64,000 bases of DNA from Ranitomeya imitator (lineage: Eukaryota): positions 18,104,001 through 18,168,000 of the forward strand of contig NC_091291.1 in assembly GCF_032444005.1 (NCBI RefSeq). The letters are read 5' to 3'. Below, piece after piece: positions 1-11,300 of the stretch. The notes under the pieces are model-generated. The model was not told the DNA's origin. It saw only the letters and a list, made by a program, of their open reading frames with translations, and searched no databases. How positions within the stretch are numbered: the stretch's first letter is position 1; each line of letters starts with the position of its first letter. The position numbers and the translations under genes were made by a program.

Positions 1-1209
1 GTCCAGTCACAAATAGCCTGAACCTTGACGGGATCCATCTCAATAGTAGAAGGGGAAAAAATGTACCCCAAAAAATAAATCTTCTGGACTCCAAAGAGAC
101 ACTTTGAACCTTTTACAAACAAAGAATTGGCCCGCAGGACCTGAAACACCTTCCTGACCTGCTGAACATGAGACTCCCAGTCATCCGAAAAAACCAAAAC
201 ATCATCCAAATACACAATCATAAGTTTATCCAGATATTCACGGAAAATATCGTGCATAAAGGACTGGAAGACAGAAGGAGCATTAGAAAGTCCAAAAGGC
301 ATCACCAAATACTCAAAATGGCCCTCAGGCGTATTAAATGCGGTTTTCCACTCATCACCCTGCTTTATCCGCACAAGATTATACGCACCCCGAAGATCAA
401 TCTTAGTGAACCATTTAGCCCCCTTAATGCGAGCGAACAAATCAGTCAACAATGGCAAAGGATACTGATATTTAACTGTAATCTTATTCAAAAGACGGTA
501 ATCTATACAAGGCCTCAAGGAACCATCTTTTTTGGCCACAAAAAAAAAACCTGCTCCCAAAGGGGACGAATATGGACGGATATGTCCCTTTTCCAAGGAC
601 TCCTTAACATAATCCCGCATAGCAGTATGCTCTGGCACTGACAGATTGAACAAACGACCTTTAGGAAATTTACTGCCAGGAATCAAATCTATAGCACAAT
701 CGCAATCCCTGTGAGGAGGAAGCGAATTGAGCTTAGGCTCCTCAAAAACATCCCGATAATCAGACAAAAATACCGGAACCTCAGAAGGAGTAGATGAAGC
801 GATAGAAATCGGAGGTGCATCATCATGAACCCCCTGACATCCCCAGCTTAACACAGACATCGTTTTCCAGTCCAAGACTGGGTTATGAGTTTGTAACCAT
901 GGCAGACCAAGCACTAAGACATCATGTAAATTATACAGTACCAGGAAGCGAATCACCTCCTGATGAACGGGAGTCATACGCATGGTCACTTGTGTCCAGT
1001 ACTGAGGTCTATTCATAGCCAAAGGTGTAGAGTCAATTCCTTTCAAAGGAATAGGGACTTCCAGAGGCTCCAGACTAAACCCACAGCGGTTGGCAAATGA
1101 CCAATCCATAAGACTCAGGGCAGCGCCTGAATCCACATAGGCATCGACGGAAATGGCTGATAATGAACAAATCAGAGTCACAGACAGAATGAACTTAGAC
1201 TGTAAAGTA
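1..1209 (-). CDS. Gypsy pol (protease + reverse transcriptase), partial, open frame
   Basis: Manual translation of the minus strand from 1209 to 1 shows no stop codon (about 403 codons); absent from the ORF track because it has no stop inside the window. Confidence 0.9.
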
Positions 1210-2298
1210 CCGTATTTTTCGGACTAAAAGACGCACTTTTTCCCCCCAAAAAAAGGGGGGAAAATGGGGGGTGCGTCTAATAGTCGCAATGCAGGCTTAC
1301 CTAGGTGGCAGAGGTGCGGTGGCAGAGGTCCGGTGGCAGAGGTGCGGTTGCGGGGGTGTGGCGGCAGAGGAGGCGCAGTAAGCGGGGTCCCTTTCCCCGG
1401 TATGGTGATGCAGCAGGCCCGGTATGCAGCAGAGCCGGGTGAATCCTCTTGTTATCGGTGGTGGCGGCCATTTTCCGGAGGCCGCGCGTGCGCAGATGGA
1501 GCGCTCTGCTTCCCGGGGCTTCAGGAAAATGGCTGCCGCGATCTCCATCTGCGCACGCGCGGCCTCCCGCGGCCATTTTCCTGAAGCCCCGGGAGCAGAG
1601 CGCTTCATCTGCACACGCGCGGCCTCAGGAAGATGGCCGCGCCCACCGATAACAAGAGGATTCACCCGGCTCTGCTGCATACCGGGCCTGCTGCATCACC
1701 ATACCGGGGAAAGGGACCCCGCTTCCTGCGCCTCCTCTGCTGCCACACCCCCGCCACCGCACCTCTGCCACCGGACCTCTGCCACCGCACCTCTGCCACC
1801 TAGGTAAGCCTGCATGGTACGCCAGGGACCCCTCTCACGCCATACCTCTCACTGCACCTCCTGATCCCAGCACCTCCTGATCCCAGCACCTCCTGATCCC
1901 AGCACCTTCTCATCCCAGCACCTCCTGATCCCAGCACCTCCTGATCCCAGCACCTCCTGATCCCAGCACCTTCTCATCCCAGCACCTCCTGATCCCAGCA
2001 CCTCCTGATCCCAGCACCTCCTGATCCCAGCACCTCCTCATCCCAGCACCTCCTCATCCCAGCACCTTCTCATCCCAGCACCTTCTCATCCCAGCACCTT
2101 CTCATCCCAGCACCTCCTCATCCCAGCATCACCCCACCTTGCCTCCTGTGACCCTGCTCTGCCACCGCCATAAGATACTGTAAATTCGGACAATAAGACG
2201 GACCCCCATGTTATAAAAAATCTTTTTTTCTGCAATTTTCACCCCAAATTTGGGGTGCGTCTTATGGTCCGGTGCGTCTTATAGTCCGAATAATACGG
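1210..2298. mobile_element. Non-autonomous TcMar (Tc2/pogo-like) MITE, 1089 bp, TA target duplication
   Basis: Terminal inverted repeats CCGTATTTTTCGGACTAAAAGACGCAC / GTGCGTCTTATAGTCCGAATAATACGG, flanked by TA at 1208-1209 and 2299-2300; no transposase. Family label rests on the CCGTATT terminus (inference). Confidence 0.85.
1855..2128. repeat. 16-bp minisatellite (CACCTCCTGATCCCAG)n, about 17 copies
   Basis: Direct tandem repeats inside the MITE. Confidence 0.95.
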
Positions 2299-3085
2299 TA
2301 CTAATGGCAACAGACTTATCAACCTTTTTTGTGCGTTTAGAGCATGCTGATATAACATGAGCTGAATCACCACAATAAAAACACAACCCATTTTTCCGCC
2401 TATAGTTTTGCCGTTCACTTCTGGACTGAATTCTATCACATTGCATTGTCTCAGGTGCCTGTTCAGAAGACACCGCCAAATGGTGCACAGGTTTTCGCTC
2501 CCGTAAACGCCGATCAATCTGAATAGCCATAGTCATAGACTCATTCAGACCTGTAGGCGCAGGGAACCCCACCATGACATCTTTAATGGCCTCAGAAAGG
2601 CCATCTCTGAATCTTGCAGCCAGGGCGCACTCATTCCACTGAGTAAGCACCGACCATTTCCGAAATTTCTGACAATATATTTCTGCTTCATCTTGCCCCT
2701 GAGAGAGAGCCAATAAAGCTTTTTCAGCCTGAATCTCTAGGTTAGGTTCCTCATAGAGCAAACCCAATGCCAGAAAAAACGCATCCACATTGAGCAACGC
2801 AGGATCCCCTGGTGCCAATGCAAATGCCCAATTCTGAGGGTCACCCCGCAGGAAAGATATAACAATCTTGACTTGCTGAGCAGGGTCTCCAGAAGAGCGA
2901 GATTTCAAAGAAAGAAACAACTTGCAATTGTTCCTAAAATTCAGAAAACTAGATCTATCTCCAGAAAAAAACTCTGGGATAGGAATTCTAGGTTCAGACA
3001 TAGGAGCATGTACAACAAAATCTTGTATATTTTGAACCTCAGCAGCAAGATTATTCAGGCTGGAAGCCAAACTCTGGACGTCCAT
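2299..3085 (-). CDS. Gypsy gag (retrotransposon capsid-like domain + zinc knuckle)
   Basis: ORF 2279-3085 in track; last 6 residues (TVLFGL) are read-through into the inserted MITE. True frame continues SVAIS-TLQSKF at 1209 once the insertion is removed. Confidence 0.9.
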
Positions 3086-3254
3086 GATAAACAGCTGAGG
3101 TCAGAGCCATTCAAGGATTAAGAGGAGGTAAGACGCAGCCAAGCTGCAATTAAGGCTAGGCAGCAAACTCTGAGGGGAAAAAAAAAAAAACTTCCTCAGA
3201 CTACTTTTCCTCCTACTTCAGCCAATACGATTACCACTTTTTGGCCGGCTATAC

Positions 3255-4000
3255 TGTCATGATCCCAATGGCAGGGGATCACAAAAGGACAAGCACAAAA
3301 AACAAAACAAGCTCTAGGGTGATGGAAACTGAGCTGACCGCGATCCTGAACCTCAACACACAACTAGCTGTAGCCGGGGAACGTGCCTACGATGATTCTA
3401 GACGTCTCGCGCCAGCCGAAGAACTAACTTTCCCTATTAGAAGAAACACAGACCTCTCTTGCCTCCAGAGAAACACCCCACAGAAATAGCAGCCCCCCAC
3501 ATGTAATGACGGTGAAATGAGAGGAAAGCACATACGTAGTTATGAAAACAGATTCAGCAAAATGAGGCCCGCTAAAGCTATATAGCAGAGGATACAAAAG
3601 TGAACTGCGCGGTCAGCGAAAAACCCTACAAAAAACCATCCTGAAATTACTTGAACTCATGTTCCAACTCATGGAACATGAGGAGTAATATCAGCCCACT
3701 AGAGCAACCAGCAAAAAGGAATAACATATCTGCAAGCTGGACTAAGACAAAAATTAAGCAAAACGTGGAACAGGAAAATCAAAAACTTAGCTTGTCCTGA
3801 AGAATACAGAAGCGGGAAGCAGAGGAAACAAGACACACTGATTACATTGATAGCCGGCGAGGAAATGACAAGAAAGCCAGGTTAAATAGGAAACTCCCAT
3901 ATCCTGATAGAACAGGTGGACACCAGAGACCGCAGAGAACACAAGTCACCCAGTACCATCTGTAACCACCAGAGGGAGCCCAAAAACAGAATCCACAACA
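3255..4000 (-). repeat. 5' LTR of the Gypsy element (746 bp)
   Basis: On the minus strand begins TGTTGTGGATTCTG and ends CATGACA; lies directly upstream of the gag leader. Confidence 0.8.
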
Positions 4001-4204
4001 CTACACATCCAGTGACAGCTCAAAGGAGGAGTCGGAATGGCCATGAGCTCTACCCACCCGAGCACGTATTTTTAAGCAGCTGTCACGCTCGGGTCGGAAG
4101 AGCCGCCGGCCAGTCCATTAGTTCTGTTGTGATCCTTGTCCAACTTATACGGCGGTCTGACTCTTCCCATGTTAAAGGACACAGGAAAAGGGACTGAAGA
4201 AAGA

Positions 4205-5091
4205 GCCAAGAGTGATGGGGCCATTGCAGGGTATTGTGGGTGACGATACCTTGCCCACGGTAGCCAATGGCCTCAACTGCCAAGATTGACGGGGTCATTG
4301 CAGGGTATTGTGGGTGACGATACTTTGCCCACAGTAGCCAATGGCCTCAACTGCCAAGAGTGATGGGGCCATTGTAGGGTATTGTGGGTGACGATACTTT
4401 GCCCACGGTAGCCAATGGCCTCAACTGCCAAGAGTGATGGGGCCATTGCAGGGTATTGTGGGTGATGATACTTTGCGCACGGTAGCCAATGGCCTCAACT
4501 GCCAAGAGTGATGGGGCTATTGCAGGGTATTGTGGTTGACGATACCTTGCCCACAGTAGCCAATGGCCTCAACTGCCAAGAGTGATGGGGCTATTGCAGG
4601 GTATTGTGGGTGATGATACCTTGCCCACAGTAGCCAATGGCCTCAACTGCCAAGATTGACGGGGCCATTGCAGGGTATTGTGGGTGACGATACTTTGCCC
4701 ACAATAGCCAATGGCCTCAACTGCCAAGAGTGATGGGGCTATTGCAGGGTATTGTGGGTGACGATACTTTGCCCACGGTAGCCAATGGTCTCAACTGCCA
4801 AGAGTGATGGGGCTATTGCAGGGTATTGTGGGTGACGATACCTTGCCCACGGTAGCCAATGGCCTCAACTGCCAAGAGTGATGGGGCTATTGCAGGGTAT
4901 TGTGGGTGACGATACCTTGCCCACGGTAGCCAATGGCCTCAACTGCCAAGAGTGATGGGGCCATTGCAGGGTATTGTGGGTGACGATACTTTGCCCACAG
5001 TAGCCAATGGCCTCAACTGCCAAGAGTGATGGGGTTATTGCAGGGTATTGTGGGTGACGATACCTTGCCCATGGTAGCCAATGGCCTCAAC
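4205..5091. repeat. 74-bp tandem repeat, about 12 copies
   Basis: Unit GCCAAGAGTGATGGGGCCATTGCAGGGTATTGTGGGTGACGATACTTTGCCCACGGTAGCCAATGGCCTCAACT; period checked 4205 to 4279. Confidence 0.95.
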
Positions 5092-5209
5092 CGCCGCCAT
5101 CTTGGTCCTCCCATGAAGCCAAGCATATGTAAGCAGATCGAACGGGATCAAATGATTACATGTTCAAATCCCCTAAAAATAAAGAGAAAAAAAGCTAAAA
5201 AAACCCAAC

Positions 5210-5212
<3 letters not shown>

Positions 5213-5247
<35 letters not shown>
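5213..5247. repeat. (TA)n microsatellite
   Basis: Direct; similar tracts at about 30074-30120 and 53461-53525. Confidence 0.95.
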
Positions 5248-5249
<2 letters not shown>

Positions 5250-5714
5250 TGAAATCACCCTCATTTTTTCATTAAAAATAAAAAGCCCATATGTCAACAC
5301 GGAGGGGAGACCGTACAAGTCGAACTGATCAAAATATAACATTATTTATGCCGTATTGTAAACGCCAAAAAGAAAAGAAGAATCAAAATTGCCATTTTTT
5401 GCTCACGGCTCCCTCTAAAACTGCAATACAATGACATCAAAATGTATATATGTCCCAAAGTGGTATTAAGAGAAACTACACAGTAAAACAAGACCTCACA
5501 AAGCTCCGCAAATGGAAAATAGACTAAAAAAGTTTCCGTCCTCGGATTTTATTATTTTGCAAGGTTCAGAATGTTTTAAAGACTCTAAAATAATTTTTTT
5601 TTAAATCTAATATTTGTATATAGAACATATACTGGGGCCTGTATATTCTCTGCTGTGTCATCAGTAGTAGTCATTACAATGCTTAGGAAGAAAGAAACTG
5701 AAAAAAAAAAAAAT

Positions 5715-5925
5715 ATCAAGGTGTACAAAGATGGCCGACAACATCTCACCCTAGTAGGTGTACAAAGATGGCTTCAAAAAGACTTCCGGCAGTAAGTGGG
5801 AAAAAAACATGGCCGCCGTCAACTTCCGGTGCGCCTCATACAGCTGAAAAAGCATCACTTCCGGGGCGGGAGCTTTGGTCGCAGCGTGAGAATCGTACGT
5901 CTCCTGGACCGTGTGCAGAGTATGT
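5715..5925 (+). promoter_or_regulatory. Probable XRCC1 promoter and non-coding first exon
   Basis: Three ACTTCCGG ETS/GABP-type sites (5782, 5822, 5857), YY1-like AAGATGGC twice and CATGGCCGCC, GC box GGGGCGGGAG (5863-5872), candidate donors at 5886 (GTGAGA) and 5920 (GTATGT). Confidence 0.6.
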
Positions 5926-6114
5926 ATTATCTATGCGGTTTATATCTGTGTATGCCCCGGGTTACCGCACTGTGTGTATGGCGTGTTACAGTGTGTCATG
6001 TGTATAAATGGTGGCCCCAGAATATAGTATCTAGTGCTTACATTATTACATATGGATGGCTATGACATCCGTAGGACTGACACTTCTGAGGGACTCCTCC
6101 AGCGGAATAATGAG

Positions 6115-8175
6115 CACAGCTCTGGAGTATAATACAGGATGTACATTACCCCAGAGCTGCACTCACTATTCTGCTGGTGCAGTCACTGTGTACATACATT
6201 ACATTACTGATCCTGAGTTACCTCCTGTATTATACTCCAGAGCTGCACTCACTATTCTGCTGGTGCAGTCACTGTGTACATACATTACATTACTGATCCT
6301 GAGTTACATCCTGTATTATACCCCAGAGCTGCACTCACTATTCTGCTGGTGCAGTCACTGTGTACATACATTACATTACTGATCCTGAGTTACATCCTGT
6401 ATTATACTCCAGAGCTGCACTCACTATTCTGCTGGTGCAGTCACTGTGTACATACATTCCTGATCCTGGGTTACATCCTGTATTATACTCCAGAGCTGCA
6501 CTCACTATTCTGCTGGTGCAGTCACTGTGTACATACATTACATTACTGATCCTGAGTTACCTCCTGTATTATACCCCAGAGCTGCACTCACTATTCTGCT
6601 GGTGCAGTCACTGTGTACATACATTACATTACTGATCCTGAGTTACATCCTGTATTATACTCCAGAGCTGCACTCACTATTCTGCTGGTGCAGTCTCTGT
6701 GTACATACATTACATTACTGATCCTCAGTTACATCCTGTATTATACCCAAGAGCTGCACTCACTATTCTGCTGGTGCAGTCACTGTGTACATACATTACA
6801 TTACTGATCCTGAGTTACATCCTGTATTTTACCCCAGAGCTGCACTCACTATTCTGCTGGTGCAGTCACTGTGTACATACATTACATTACTGATCCTGAG
6901 TTACATCCTGTATTATACCCCAGAGCTGCACTCAATATTCTGCTGGTGCAGTCGCTGTGTACATACATTACATTACTGATCCTCAGTTACATCCTGTATT
7001 ATACCCCAGAGCTGCACTCACTATTCTGCTGGTGCAGTCGCTGTGTACATACATTACATTACTGATCCTCAGTTACATCCTGTATTATACCCAAGAGCTG
7101 CACTCACTATTCTGCTGGTGCAGTCACTGTGTACATACATTACATTACTGATCCTGAGTTACATCTTGTATTATACTCCAGAGCTGCACTCACTATTCTG
7201 CTGGTGCAGTCACTGTGTACATACATTACATTACTGATCCTGAGTTACATCCTGTATTATACTCCAGAGCTGCACTCACTATTCTGCTGGTGCAGTCACT
7301 GTGTACATACATTCCTGATCCTGGGTTACATCCTGTATTATACTCCAGAGCTGCACTCACTATTCTGCTGGTGCAGTCACTGTGTACATACATTACATTA
7401 CTGATCCTGAGTTACCTCCTGTATTATACCCCAGAGCTGCACTCACTATTCTGCTGGTGCAGTCACTGTGTACATACATTACATTACTGATCCTGAGTTA
7501 CATCCTGTATTATACTCCAGAGCTGCACTCACTATTCTGCTGGTGCAGTCTCTGTGTACATACATTACATTACTGATCCTCAGTTACATCCTGTATTATA
7601 CCCAAGAGCTGCACTCACTATTCTGCTGGTGCAGTCACTGTGTACATACATTACATTACTGATCCTGAGTTACATCCTGTATTTTACCCCAGAGCTGCAC
7701 TCACTATTCTGCTGGTGCAGTCACTGTGTACATACATTACATTACTGATCCTGAGTTACATCCTGTATTATACCCCAGAGCTGCACTCAATATTCTGCTG
7801 GTGCAGTCGCTGTGTACATACATTACATTACTGATCCTCAGTTACATCCTGTATTATACCCCAGAGCTGCACTCACTATTCTGCTGGTGCAGTCGCTGTG
7901 TACATACATTACATTACTGATCCTCAGTTACATCCTGTATTATACCCAAGAGCTGCACTCACTATTCTGCTGGTGCAGTCACTGTGTACATACATTACAT
8001 TACTGATCCTGAGTTACATCTTGTATTATACTCCAGAGCTGCACTCACTATTCTGCTGGTGCAGTCACTGTGTACATACATTACATTACTGATCCTGAGT
8101 TACATCCTGTATTATACTCCAGAGCTGCACTCACTATTCTGAAGGTGCAGTCACTGTCTACATACATTACATTAC
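6115..8175 (+). repeat. 86-bp satellite array 1 (about 23.5 monomers)
   Basis: Unit TACATACATTACATTACTGATCCTGAGTTACATCCTGTATTATACTCCAGAGCTGCACTCACTATTCTGCTGGTGCAGTCACTGTG; produces the 86-bp-spaced 64-aa pseudo-ORFs. Confidence 0.97.
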
Positions 8176-8362
8176 AGATGGGATCTATGCTTATTTAAAT
8201 AAACTTTATTAAAAAACACAATTGTACCCCTTTGCAGCGTTGTTGGGTCTCGCTTTCTGGCACGTGTAGTGGGCATGTGCTGGCAGCCCGTGGAGTGCGG
8301 CAGTAGACTGGTCGGTTGAGCGGCTTTTGGGTTTCTCTGTCGCTCCCCAGAACGGAGGAAAG

Positions 8363-11300
8363 ATGCCAGAGATCAAACTGAAGCACGTGGTGTCCTGTAG
8401 CAGCGCGGACACGGTGAGTATCAGCACACGTGGAGGTGCGGACGACTGGGTGAGTGTCTTTAAAGGGACGGCGCAGGTAAATTTGATGCTTTATGTGACC
8501 TTTTGCATCTTCCACATAGTGCAGACAATTTCTGCACATATATTGCCAGTCAATGTTTATATCTGTAGGACGTCAGTTCTTTGGGTGTAGGGTGAAATCC
8601 GCCCATGCTGACCCCGGTCACTGACATCTTCCTCCTATTCCCTCCTCTTCCTCCTCCTCACCTCCTCTTCCTCCCCCTCCTCTTCCTCCTCCTCTTCCCC
8701 CTCCTCCTCTTCCCCCTCTTCCTCCTCTTCCTGCTCTTCGTCCTCCTGCTCTTCGTCCTCCTGCTCTTCGTCCTCCTGCTCTTCGTCCTCCTGCTCTTCG
8801 TCCTCCTGCTCTTCGTCCTCCTGCTCTTCGTCCTCCTGCTCTTCGTCCTCCTGCTCTTCGTCCTCCTGCTCTTCGTCCTCCTGCTCTTCGTCCTCCTGCT
8901 CTTCGTCCTCCTGCTCTTCGTCCTCCTGCTCTTCGTCCTCCTGCTCTTCGTCGTCCTCCTGCTCTTCGTCGTCCTCCTGCTCTTCGTCGTCCTCCTCCTC
9001 TTCGTCGTCCTCCTCCTCTTCGTCGTCCTCCTCTCCGTCCTCCTCCTCTCCGTCCTCCTCCTCTCCGTCCTCCTCCTCTCCGTCCTCCTCCTCTCCGTCC
9101 TCCTCCTCTCCGTCCTCCTCCTCTCCGTCCTCCTCCTCTCCGTCCTCCTCCTCTCCGTCCTCCTCCTCTCCGTCCTCCTCCTCTCCGTCCTCCTCCTCTC
9201 CGTCCTCCTCCTCTCCGTCCTCCTCCTCTCCGTCCTCCTCCTCTCCGTCCTCCTCCTCTCCGTCCTCCTCCTCTCCGTCCTCCTCCTCTCCGTCCTCCTC
9301 CTCTCCGTCCTCCTCCTCTCCGTCCTCCTCCTCTCCGTCCTCCTCCTCTCCGTCCTCCTCCTCTCCGTCCTCCTCCTCTCCGTCCTCCTCCTCTCCGTCC
9401 TCCTCCTCTTCGTCCTCCTCCTCTTCGTCCTCCTCCTCCTCTTCGTCTTCCTCCTCTTCGTCTTCCTCCTCTTCATCCTTGTCCTCCNNNNNNNNNNNNN
9501 NNNNNNNNNNNNNNNNNNNNNNNNNNNNNNNNNNNNNNNNNNNNNNNNNNNNNNNNNNNNNNNNNNNNNNNNNNNNNNNNNNNNNNNNNNNNNNNNNNNN
9601 NNNNNNNNNNNNNNNNNNNNNNNNNNNNNCCTCTTCGTCCTTGTCCTCCTCCTCCTCTTCGTCTTCCTCCTCTTCGTCTTCCTCCTCTTCGTCTTCCTCC
9701 TCTTTGTCTTCCTCCTCTTCGTCCTCCTCCTCTTCGTCCTCCTCCCCTTCATCTTTGTCCTACTCCTTCTCTTCGTCTTCCTCCTCTTTGTCCTCCTCCT
9801 TCTCTTCGTCCTCCTCCTCTTTGTCCTCCTCCTTCTCTTCGTCCTCCTCCTCTTTGTCCTCCTCCTCTTCGTCCTCCTCCTCTGCCTCCTCTTCCTTCTC
9901 CTCCTCCTTTTTCGTCTTAGACTCACACTGCAGAGAACCTACTGAAGCCCGACACCTACCGAAAATGGAAAGCCAAACAAGCCGGGGAGAAGCAGGTGTC
10001 CGTCATCCTGCAGGTGCGGGGTCTTGTGCTGTCTGGTGGAGGGGGCACTTCCGGTCGTCCTCCTCTTCCCGGGGGTCTCACCCGACTGTCACTGTCTCCA
10101 TAGTTTGAGAAGGAAGAGCAGATCCATAGCATCGACATCGGAAACGAAGGCTCGGCGTTTGTGGAGGTGCTGGTCGGCCATTCCACGTCCGTCAGTGAGC
10201 AGGAGTATGAGGTCAGTATTGAGGGGGTCTTCACACTTCTGCTTGTGGTCAGTGAGTGGAAACAGTCCAGGGGTCTCACATCCTCAATGTCCTCCGACAG
10301 GTGCTCCTGGGAATGTCGTCCTTTATGTCGCCCAGCGAGAGCAAGAATGGCAGCAACCTGAACCGTACCCGGATGTTCGGGGCGGACAAGCTGGTGAAGA
10401 CGGCGGCGGAGAAGAAGTGGGACCGGGTGAAGATCGTGTGCACTCAGCCGTACACCAAGGTGAGCGGCGTCCGCAGCGTCTGCCTCGCCGTGTGCCGCCG
10501 TCCGGTAACTTACCGCTCTCGTCCTTCGCAGAACCTGGCGTACGGACTCTCATTTATACGTTTCCACTCGCCTCCGGACAAAGACGACCCTCCTCCCTCC
10601 TCTCCGGTCAGTATCCGTCACCATCGCCGCTCCAACTCTTGTATTCTGTGTATTACAGGGCGCATGATATGGATGCCCCCCACCCATCATTATCATACCG
10701 ATGGGGGTCCGATACCTGACACCCCCGCCGATCAGTTCTGAGATGTAAACCCTAAACGGAGCTGAATTTTACGTGTAGCAGCCGCTGCCGAGTGCTGCAG
10801 ATCAGCTCCCGTTTCAGACAATGGGATCTTCTCATTAATGCTGCTCAGTGTTTACATCCGGGTGTCGGACCCCCGCTGGTCAGGTGCAGCACCTATGTTC
10901 TAGAAGGAGCGGCTTGTTGCTTGGATGGAAAAGACCCCAGGGACCCCCAGAAGGCAGGAGTGATCTATGTAGCTGCCCCGTCTTCTCTTTTCCAGCCTAC
11001 CTAGCACTCCGCTAGTATAGGACCTGGCGTACATGCTCCACCACCATAGTTTAGCCGCAGGGGCTCGGCAGACCCCGTTCAGCTCTGCCCTGATGCCCCA
11101 GCTGCGGAGATCACATGGGGAGTGCTGTGTTGGGAAAGATGGAGATATATATATATTTTTTTTATTGTTATTTAATGTTTTTTATTTTATTTTTTTATAA
11201 TTTTTGCGTACAGAAAGTCACCAAGCTGGGGCAGTTCAAGGTGAAAGAGGAGGAGAGTTCGTCCCCCTCCATGCGTCCTGGAAGTCTTTTCTTCAATCGC

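Larger units (their letters stand above)
1..4000 (-). mobile_element. Ty3/Gypsy LTR retrotransposon (5' LTR, gag, protease, RT; runs off window start)
   Basis: Gag with CCHC knuckle (CFYCGDSAHVISAC), aspartic protease YVDSGA (DSG 1125-1133), RT motifs LRPCIDYR, MPFGL and YLDD (201-212); upstream LTR with TG...CA ends. Confidence 0.93.

Noticed and set aside
168-641. 157-aa plus-strand ORF
   Set aside because: Antisense shadow of the Gypsy reverse transcriptase.
4205-5091. CRISPR-like appearance of hairpin repeats (also the 23-bp array at 45193)
   Set aside because: No unique spacers, no cas genes, and the context is eukaryotic.
6274-8092. Series of 64-91-aa ORFs [16 protein letters not shown]... 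(also 40412-42093 and 54791-55765)
   Set aside because: Translations of the 86-bp satellite; they recur at the monomer period and have no coding signature.
8605-9945. 446-aa Leu/Val-rich and 422-aa Arg-rich ORFs
   Set aside because: Triplet-periodic simple repeat across an N gap inside an XRCC1 intron.
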